Source: Chlorokybus atmophyticus (taxonomy: Eukaryota > Plantae > Mesostigma and Chlorokybus algae). Taken from it: DNA of 64,000 nt. Under the pieces are notes generated by a model, which saw nothing but the letters and a program-made list of their open reading frames with translations, was not told where the DNA came from and did not search any database. Location: assembly GCA_009103225.1 (NCBI GenBank), contig RHPI01003369.1, positions 503,500 to 567,499 of the forward strand, written 5' to 3'. This document shows, in pieces, positions 9,952 to 19,451 of the stretch (the first letter of the stretch is position 1; each line of letters opens with the position of its first letter). The position numbers and the translations under genes were made by a program.

Positions 9952-10463
9952 TATTAAGGAATGACGTCCAGTCAGCTCGACCTCGACAGACAAAGGCATC
10001 GAGTGCTAAGAAATGGTTAAGTGCTTGTGCACGTTGCAGTTGCAGTAAGAGGACTGATATCGAGCAGTTGTGAGTCTAAAGCTCAATATCTGCATAGTCT
10101 AATGAAGGACGCTCGAAGACTCCGGACTTGGAGCTCTGGAACAGTCTGGCGAACAGTCCAGAGCTCCGGTAGAAGTAGTAGAACTTTCTGACTACTTAGT
10201 TGCTAGAGACGTGGCATAGCTTGTTGGAAAGCTCTTGAAGTTAGATACGCGGTGCAACTTAAAGCGTCGGATATAGACTAGAGTAGAAGGAAAAGGACCT
10301 TCTAGAGTACAAGTGTGCAATCTGGTAGAGTATAAAGGCACACGGACTTTGCATGTGTAGGAAGGAATAGTGATTGCTATTGGCTAAAGCCTTGGCGGCT
10401 GGTGTGTTGTGCGTGTCATGCTTAGTCCTGCTGCATGTGTGCACCAGCTTCCGAACAATAACA
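9952..10463 (+). mobile_element. 3' LTR of the copia element; same family as the four LTRs upstream
   Basis: Follows the PPT. Shares GTCAGC(T/A), AGCTTGTTGGAAAGCTC (10218-10234) and TATAAA (10331). The end lies at ...AACA 10457 or 10463. Confidence 0.75.
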
Positions 10464-13133
10464 ATCAATCCAAGGTTTGTACAAGCTGCATGGCATGTTA
10501 ATGTTGGCTTACAGCAAGAATTGCCAACTTTTGTCAAATGGTAAGGGTCACATATTAACAGCAGTGTAACGGCAAAGAAACGGCCGGCTATTGCTGTCAG
10601 CTGTCCATAACTACCGGCTAACGGCCGTCTATGCACATTGACCAAAGAGTAACCGGTTGACAACTCTCAGCCGGTCAGTGCCACTGACAACCACTTTTGG
10701 CCCGCGGCCGTCTGCGTCGATCCACTTAAGCCAATGGCAAACCCAACAGTCCAATTGTAACATTTCAGGCAGCGGCAGGCAGGCTCAGGCATCCGTCAGT
10801 CTCTGAGTCCTTAGTCAGTCACCGTGTAAAATTTGCGACGTTCGCCGTATCGTCCATAAGATAGGTTCAAGCCCAACCAGCTGTCGAGGTCGCTGGTGGT
10901 CTCCTCGGCCACAGGGGAAAGCCCGTAACGATGAGTGGACTCTCTGACTGCTGAAAACTCACTCATGCAAGTCGCACGGTGAGCGGCGGAGAGAGTGAGG
11001 CAAAGTGTGTGCTCTACTGGTGCTCCCCCAATGCTACCACTCAACACACTAGTGCTTGTGAATGCACTATGTGCTGGCAATATTAACACAACACTGATGC
11101 AACCAACGCCGCTGCAAGAATGCAAGCCACGCTGATGCACGACTCTCACTTGTACAAGGAGGATAACACTGTAAGTCAACAAGCCACTACTAGAGGTAGT
11201 GCTGCTTATACAATTCCTTGAATGAGGTCAAGATAATTCCACAGTTAAGTGAGCTGTATGAATGCGGCAACACATGGATGCCACACTCTGATGCGGACTA
11301 CACAACGTGCACTTACGCAACCACAATCGTGTCAAGTGACAAGCAATGCACGTGTACATACATTGCAATCTCTTACGTGTGCATGTGTCTTGGCAACCTG
11401 GCGGCGAGGTGATGCAGTCACATAAAGCCACAACCTTCAGCGAGCAAGTCCCGAGCACTCCGAAGATCAACATCCGTACTTCTTAAATACCAAGTTTCAG
11501 TTCTTACTTACAGTGTCAGCAACGTACAGAGACAAAGTCATAAGCCTTTATAGTCAAGTGACAACTGTTTAGTTTTAAGACAACGGCTAGTTTACAAAAT
11601 GACCTAAATTTAGCCTAGGTCAAACTCGCAACGGATCAGCTAGTACGGCTTATATTAGGTACATACGAAGACTGCTTGACAACTGCTCAGTGTCGCGCGG
11701 GACTCATGCCGGTAGCCGAGGTCGATGTCTAGCTGTAGGCATGGCTCGAAAGGGTTACTGATGCTGGTAGCACGGGAGCGATGTCTGGCTGTGAGCATCA
11801 ATGAGGAAGTTGGCCCCTCCTGGACCGCTGGCGTAACAACTACCCTATTGGAGTCAAACAAGATTGGATAAAGCTAGATTCTATATCCGTTTACTGGTCT
11901 GTTATTAAGCTATTGTATCTGGTTGCACTTGTCAGTGTTCGTCGCAAAGTCTGGCGATGCTAGTCAATTTGTTTTGGTTACCTAGTCTATCTGTCGCGGT
12001 TTTAATTTGCATGCAAGCAAGCATGAGACCCACGTGCGGTAGCGTGATGCTAGGATATCTGATGTGAATAGCCTTATCATGTAACCCAGATTATGTCATT
12101 CTGCAGCACACTTGGGCCGAATGACGTAATTGGGTATATTAATATACGTAACTCGTGTTTGGGGTTTCACGTTTGAAACCACTCAATTGACTTGTAAACA
12201 CACAAGTGCCGCCGCCATTGCTTGGTATATATTTGGCAGTTGGAGCTTGCGGCGGCGCCGGCGTAGGCGGCGGCGGCGGTGGCCAAGACGGCGGCCGCCG
12301 TCCTCACTGACCAGGCCTCCCTCCACGTCACCGCCTACACCAGGTTGATGGCCACGGCAACCACGGCGGCGGCGGCGGAGCTAACCTCTACAGCAGCTGT
12401 CGCTGACAGTTCGCCCTGGTAAGAGCGGCCTGCTGCTCAGCGAACGCAATGCTTGCGTTCAGTGTGCGATGTGCTCACAGTGTGCATTGTCCTGTTGCAC
12501 CTTGTGTATGGTGCAAAGATGTGTGAGTGCAAGCGCGTGTATGTGTTGCATGCCATCTGCAGTGCTAATGCGCATCTGCCATTTGTGCGTAAGTGTGTGC
12601 GTGCTGTGTATGCATGCGATGTTCTGCCATGCGTGCGATGTGCGTGTCTAGTGTGGGTAGCATATAAGATAGTTTGGATACTCTGCCATGTTTGGAATTA
12701 ATCTATCAAGTTTGTTGCATATTTCAATGTGGGATTAGCTACACTTAGTGTGCAGCTAGTCTCGTGCCTACTCTACATCTGGTTCTCTATGGCTGATCAG
12801 TACTCTAGCCTATCTGACTTTGATTTGTTGCATATCTGAATGTGCGACTAGCTACATCTACTGTGCAGCTAGTCTCTTATCTGGTCTGCATCTAACTCTT
12901 TATGGCTGGTACTCAAGCCTTATCTAGCTATTACCTAATTACATGTCTAGACCGCCCTTGTAGCTAGGTCATGGCCAGAGTTAGACTAGGGTGAACCCTA
13001 GTCCCAAAACTAGCTATATCTGATCTTCGTACCTACCCCACACCTATAGTAATATCCTCTAGAGCTAGTCTACTCCAGCAAACTAGACCCCAGCTACGTG
13101 AGGATGAGGTAGCCGTTTTGCGTAGCGCAAGTA

Positions 13134-13834
13134 CTAGCATATAGCCTGCCCAAACCGATTGGTGAACTTGGGATCACGGTTGGACACCAACTCTTGAGGC
13201 ACGCCGTGTAGTTCAAACACTATGTTCACAAAAGCGTACGCATACTCTTGCGCGCTAATCTCTGTGCAATACTGTGCAAACCGGACCATCTTAATCAATC
13301 GGTTAACAAAGATAATGATGGCATCGTGCCCTTGCTTTGTCTCCGGTAGATCTGTAATGAAATCCATAGTCACACACTCTCCCATTGATAACTTGGGATA
13401 GTTAGCGGCTTTAACGAGCCTGCTGGCTTACGGTGTAACGCCTTGTCACATTGACAAGTGTCACAGCACTGGACATACTTGATCGCATCTGCCACCAAGG
13501 TTGGCCACCAATATTGTCGCTGCAGCAGCTGGATGGTCTTAGTCATGCCCATGTGACCAATGTATACTGCATTGTGTGCCTCATGCAGACACTCTTGCTT
13601 TAGGCCGAGTGCATCTGGCATAATAAGCTTGCCTTCGGAGTACCATAACCCCTTATGACAGGTGACCTTGTCATCCGCTGGCCTCAACAACTCAATAAGG
13701 CAGTTGTTAAGTGCATAGGCTTGCGTCAGAAGTTCAATAATGTCCTTTGCATCAACAGCCAGTGGGTCCTTTCCACTTGCATTAAGAACTGCTATTGGTG
13801 TATCATTGCTAGCCGCTTCACATGCAATTGGCAA
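13134..13834 (-). pseudogene. Ty3/gypsy integrase fragment (HHCC zinc finger and start of catalytic core)
   Basis: EAHNAVYIGHMGMTKT...YWWPTL...CDTCQ...PAGSLKPLTIP..WE / TMDFITDLPET..GHDAIIIFV...HGVPQELVSNRDPKFT. Confidence 0.92.
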
Positions 13835-14249
13835 ATCGCAAGTTGCATGCTCAGTTCAAGGCTAAGGCTTACAAAATGCCTCTTGTGTCATATTCACAGC
13901 TTTCTTGAGCTCAACTGGCAATTTGCGAGTGCTGACATTATACTACGTACTACTTGTCTGTGCCGAAGTTGCACGATACAAAATACGGATACGATCAGTC
14001 ATGTACATTACTTTATTGAATTTTTACACATTTCGCATAACATACAATATGAATACGATTTCAACACACAAAACAATATGTATGTGCAAAGTGAGCCAAT
14101 GAGAGATTGCAGCTGACAATGCAATTAACGGCAATGCATGCAACCAATGACAAGGCTCAACCCCTCACAACCCCGGGACTGCATCACTATCACTATCACT
14201 ATCTGAACATAAACTTCTCCTCATAATCAATGCCTTTCACTCTATCCAT

Positions 14250-15420
14250 CCATTGAAGGTTGCTGTGGATGTACATCAAGTCTTCTGCACGCGGAGGTGT
14301 GAGGCGGTTCCGCTTCTTGCTGTTCGTCAACTATAGACCAGTTGCGCTCGCAAGCGAACGCGCTGCACACCTGCAACAGCACACGCACTGCAACGGTTTG
14401 TAGCTATGGCAAGCCTCCACCAAACTGCAGCCACCAGCGGTGTGCAGGCATTGTGGCTGCAGCCTCCTGCACGCACTTGCACGCAAACATGCCGTCATGA
14501 GCTCGGTAAGCAGCATGTTGCTTGACAGCTTTGAGCTGGTAGCGAACCTCCGCGGCCAGGTGGAAGCTATCAAGCATGCCCTCCACCATGTTGTGGAAGC
14601 CTCTCATAACCTCCTCATTGTCGTAATGCTTGTGGCTGCGAAACTCTGGGTCTAGCACAACCTGCTGCATGAAGGTCCGTGTGAAGCAATGCCCACCGCT
14701 TCTCCCATAGCAGCAGGACCTGCCTCTCCTTGCTGTGCTCAAGTTTCATACTGCGCAATGCGCAAATGCTCTTCCACCTCAAACATACCAATGTAGAGTT
14801 TACCAGCAGCCGGTTGGTTGCCGTCACGGTCCACAAGGCGCAACAACTTCATGACGGGTTCACTGAGCCCTACTATGAGCTTAACGCCTTGCCAGAAGTG
14901 AGAGCTGAGCAGGTTGGAGCGCACCTCATCAGCCTCGTTGGTGTACCTACTGCTTTCCGCCCAATCTTTCCACTCATAATCAACCACAACCTCTTGAAGC
15001 GCGTCCTTCACCTGCCAGCACAATCCACGCACTTGTTAGGGCAGTCTTGATGCATGCAAGACTGATTGGCAAGAAGACAACCACGTTGTCAACTTGCACC
15101 ACTTCGGCACATTATAACTTACGCTCAGCAGGCGCTCAAGCATGATGAAGTTGGTATCAAAGCAAGTATCTCAGGGCTTGAGTAACTTGCAATTAGCTTG
15201 GCTCTCGAACATTGCTGCGATGATGGTTGGTGATGAATTTGATAATGTGCTTGGCCTCGAGGATGGGAGAGCTCACCCAGTCCGGTTTACCAATGTCTTC
15301 CAGCAATAGAGATAAGCAATGTGCAGGACATGGAGACCACACAATGGCTGATTGGTCTTCCATGATCATGTCTCCTGCTACCTTACACACGGCGGCACTG
15401 TCAGTGCACACCTATACCAC
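14250..15420 (-). mobile_element. hAT-superfamily transposase remnant (DUF659-like region to dimerisation domain)
   Basis: TDSAAVC...WSPCPAHCLSLLLEDIGK; LLRLVD; LDPEF; WWLQFG; CERNWS; KKRNRL...EDLMYIHSNL. Confidence 0.88.
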
Positions 15421-15550
15421 GTGCTCTATGCCAACCTGCAGACGATAACTTTGACTCAATGCATTCTAGCAATGTCGTGCTGTAAACGCCAAAAAAGCAT
15501 CATATTTTCAATCGCATTTGGTTCGTATTTTTAAAGTTTTATTATAAATA

Positions 15551-16130
15551 TTATAAAATACTTGTATTTGTAGGGGCAAGGTGAGCGTATGATGCAACTA
15601 TGGATTGTGCCCACCCTTGGCTTCGTGCACGTGCATGTGTTGTCAATGCCAATAACAAAGGCGAGCGGCTCAAGGGGTCTGCTACGTTTACCCTATCTGA
15701 TCTGTATACCCAAGTAAAGTTGAAACGAGACAAGTACTCAGTCCATCTTGCTTGTCTTTATGACAAGGTTGGGTCTGAAAGCAAACAAGGAGGTCGTGGT
15801 CCGTAACCATTGTAAATCCACCTTCGACCCCCTCGAGATAGCAGCGCTACTCTTGTAGCGCATAGAGTACCCCAAACAACTCTTGCTCTGTTGTAGTATG
15901 GTTTCTCTCGGCTAGAGAGAACTTCTTGCTAAGACAAGCAAGTGGGCCCATTCTGGATCAACACAGCGCCAGTGCCAACTATGGATGCATCCGAGATTAC
16001 CTCCCAAGGTGTGGTGAAATCCGGCAGCTGTAACACCGATGCCGTTACGAACGCCTCTTTGATAAACTTAAAGGGGTCCTCCTGCCTTTGTGCCCACCGC
16101 CACTTGACTTTGTCACACAAAAGTTCGTGA
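15551..16130 (-). pseudogene. Ty3/gypsy RT-RNase H linker and RNase H fragment
   Basis: VLQLPDFTTPWEVISDASIVGTGAVLIQ; ERNHTTTEQELFGV; VTDH; SRFNFTWVYR...NVADPLSR. Confidence 0.88.
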
Positions 16131-16590
16131 GGGGAGCAACCCGTGATAAGTATGCAAGGATGTATGTACAGAAATAGTTGCTCAACTCAAAAGAATGCAC
16201 GCAACTCATGCACATTTCAAAAAGCTAGCTATCACAACCACCATCTCAGTGTAATGTAAACCACTCAGTGCTAGTCAGTGCATTAATGCAATAGCCTCGT
16301 AGCCCCGACTAATAGGTCATTCGCACAAAGGGAAGCATGTGGCATGACCTCATGGAGTCCACATTCCCAAGCAGGGATCGCAAGGATCACTCCGAACAGG
16401 GCAGGTCACCCATTGACCGCAATACCATCATCACCACAGTGAGAAACATCAGATGGAAGGGGCTTGCTAAGAGAGGCTCATCTAATGCATGAGCATGCAG
16501 CATGTTCTGTAGGATGCAGCCACGCATGCTCAGAACTGCAAGGCTATCGTGCATGCACACATGCCATGCACATCCTCAACATGCAAGAGG

Positions 16591-16640
16591 CACACACACA
16601 CACACACACACGCACGCACGCACGTACGCACGCACGCACA
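16591..16640 (+). repeat. (CA)n/(CGCA)n microsatellite
   Basis: Read directly from the sequence. Confidence 0.95.
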
Positions 16641-17534
16641 CTAGTGTGTAAGGCTACTGGATGCACATACACATGTATGCACTTTAAGCCATACAATGGC
16701 ATAACCAGCTAGGCATGGTTTGTCCACAACGACAGGTGGTCAAGGAGGACCACCAACAAGACCACCAACAGTTGCCTGAAGTGGGAGGCGTCTACTCTTC
16801 AGCACACGCGCCAACCACTTAGCTAAAACACCCCCGAACCTATGTAGGCGCCTCTTCTTCAGTGCAGGCGTCAACTACCACAAAAACACCTCAAACCCTA
16901 GCTGGAATACTCAAAAACGCCCCACACAAGAGGATAAGGAAGACCCCTTCAATAGTTTAGCAAAGTGCCCCAAACACACAGCAAGAAAGCACAAGGCTGA
17001 GTCCCACAGAACCCCCAACACTGTGCTGGTCTAGCTTCTTATACTTCTCACCGTTACCTTCCCACTTGGCCATAGGTGAGCTGAAAAGCCATCAACGCCT
17101 TTTTGCCCATCCTGTTCTGACACATATGATTATCTTAGCCACACATGACTTTTGAAAAGCCATCAACCCACAGTAACTGATGGCATGCACACGAACCAGC
17201 TCTGTGCAAGCTGCTTATCAATGTCTTGTACAGTTCGTCATGCTCAAGGCTCATGAGTTAAAGGACTAACTATATGAGCGAACCGCTTGGGTACTGCACC
17301 CACTTAAGCAGCTGAACTCCCATACAATCATGCTGTCAACATAGCAGCCTGAAAGTGAGATTGCCTTGCATGTTAGGCGTGACATTCCTTGCCACTTGCT
17401 TTGCAACGTCCCGTTGCAATAGGTTGGGTCCTGACCCGCACAGCGCTTGCCAGAGCAGGATGGCCAATCCTGCTGTAGCCTCTGTGCTCCACACGTGAGA
17501 ACTTGCAAGTCGCGGGAGTAACCGACCATCTTAC

Positions 17535-18133
17535 TGTCACAGCCCACTCGACCACAAAAGACTTGGTGCTTTTATGGTCGATTTGTGTTAATTCAGTACC
17601 TTCCCGTTACATTCCCCCCCACTTAAGAACGCTGACGTCCTCGGCAGCTGGCGGCCATCAGCTGGGGAATCTTCCCAGGGGTCTGATTTAGGGTCGGTCA
17701 CCGGCCCCACCATCCAAGGACCGGCCAATTTAGGCCCATACCGGTCAGCGCGCGCATAGCCCGCCGCTGCCGGCCCCACAGGTCGCGTCGCCGCGATAGG
17801 CAGGTCGCGCCCTGCCGCGCCGACTGAACTGGTCAGTTCGGCGCGACTGCCATTAGGCAAGTCGCGACCCATCGATGATGGCACTCATAAAGTGACCATT
17901 TACGGTGTTATTGGATCGAGAAACAACAACCGCGGAATTCGTGTGCAGGGCATCGAACCCGGGTCTCAAGCTCCGATGACCAATGTCACAGCCCACTCGA
18001 CCACAAAAGACTTGGTGCTTTTATGGTCGATTTGTGGTAACCTAATGTACCTTCCCGTTACATTCCCCCCCACTTAAGAACGCTGACGTCCTCGGCAGCT
18101 GGCGCTCATCAGCCGGGGAATCTTCCCGTTACA
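17535..18133 (-). mobile_element. TRIM-like non-autonomous LTR element, 599 bp, LTRs 77-79 bp, rearranged 5' end
   Basis: LTRs 17535-17611 and 17984-18062 (TGTAACGGG...GTGACA). PPT AAGTGGGGGG(G)AA precedes each. PBS-like TGGTCATCGGAGC. Perfect TSD CTTAC at 17530-17534 and 18134-18138. Confidence 0.88.
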
Positions 18134-19050
18134 CTTACAGTGAGCCCAAGTTGATGGTAGTCACAGCAGAGTTCACCTGTCAACATGTGCACGTGTTTTA
18201 TGGTATTGAGCAGAGGCCATAACATTTTACATTTTGTTAGAACATGCGATATGCATGGCCCGATTCGAGCGGTTTGCTAACGGTGGCGTTGCTGTGCCAG
18301 GTGGGAAGCAGCGCTTGGCTATCCTTTCTGTCCCTTGCTTGGCGTGCGGCTGTGGAGCCCAGCGCGTTGTCTTTGCTTTGCTTGCCGTAAGCTAACTTGC
18401 TATACATGCTGCCTACCAATCGATGCCATGGCCATCAAATACCAGCACTGCACCGTGCTGGTAGTTGCTTGCTTGTGAGCTTGCTATTGTACTTGCCTAT
18501 GCATGTTAGCTTGATAAGCCACATGGTCACAAGGCATAGATAAAGGTTACAATTTTACGATGCCACATTAGCAAAGTCAATTTAATTGCGCAAAAGAAAC
18601 CATCTAGCGCGCAATACTGCCACCACGTCCGCGGAAGCGTATCCATGCTGAGCGGCCAACAGCAATTTGTCGAATAACAACCGACATGCATGAGCGAGGT
18701 GATAGCAATGGTTTATTCCACACTGTCAATCCGTCTTGTACATGTGGAAATGCGATATACCGGAGTAGCTAGAACGGTTACCACCTACAAGGCACATCCA
18801 TCTTTGTTCAGACCAGCAAGTATCGACCATCTTACTTGTGTGTGCATCACATGATTGTTTTCGCTTCTGGCTTAATATTGTCTGCACATGTAAACTCATC
18901 CTGCAGCACAGCTTCATAGACTTCATGTCAATGTGCATCATATTCATATCTGTGTGTCTCGCATGCCAAGCATCGGTTTCACACCAACACCTGCCGCAGC
19001 TCGCACGGCTGCGTAACTTGATTAGCAATGCAAACATCTGCCATACGAGT

Positions 19051-19110
19051 AGTTGCTTTGCTTGCACGTTTGAGGCACACATGTGCCTCACACGTGCAAG
19101 CAAAGCAACT
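19051..19110. repeat. 60-bp near-perfect palindrome (29-bp arms, 1 mismatch)
   Basis: AGTTGCTTTGCTTGCACGTTTGAGGCACA-CA-TGTGCCTCACACGTGCAAGCAAAGCAACT. Confidence 0.92.
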
Positions 19111-19451
19111 GTTCAAAGAGCGGCATGAAGAACAGCGACTTGGGTGCAGAAAGGGGTTGGTATATACCAACCGCCAACCCAAACTGCAAGTGCTCAAACT
19201 GATGCAACTTCACCAATCTTATGGACAATCCTGACAACATAACCTCGCCTACTATTGTACATGCTAAGTTGAGCAGCAACATGGATGGAAGAAGAAACCT
19301 GGGGCAAAGTGCACGACTCCACACCAGGTTGTGTCAAGTTGCAATAAGCAATGCTCATTGCTTATTGCAATTGCGTACCCTCAATGGACACCCACTGGGC
19401 ATTGCTTGAAGCTCTGAACTTGACTGCCTTGTTATTGATCAACTGACATTG

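Noticed and set aside
10565-10762. Possible solo LTR (TGTAAC...TGTAACA)
   Set aside because: No target-site duplication and no second copy in the window.
17940-17975. tRNA gene at the GGTTCGATGCC motif
   Set aside because: Only a T-arm/B-box-like piece; no acceptor stem, D-arm or anticodon arm could be folded.
17535-18133. Direct repeats with a hairpin as a possible CRISPR array
   Set aside because: Only two long repeats, with PPT, PBS and TSD typical of an LTR element; eukaryotic context with no cas genes.
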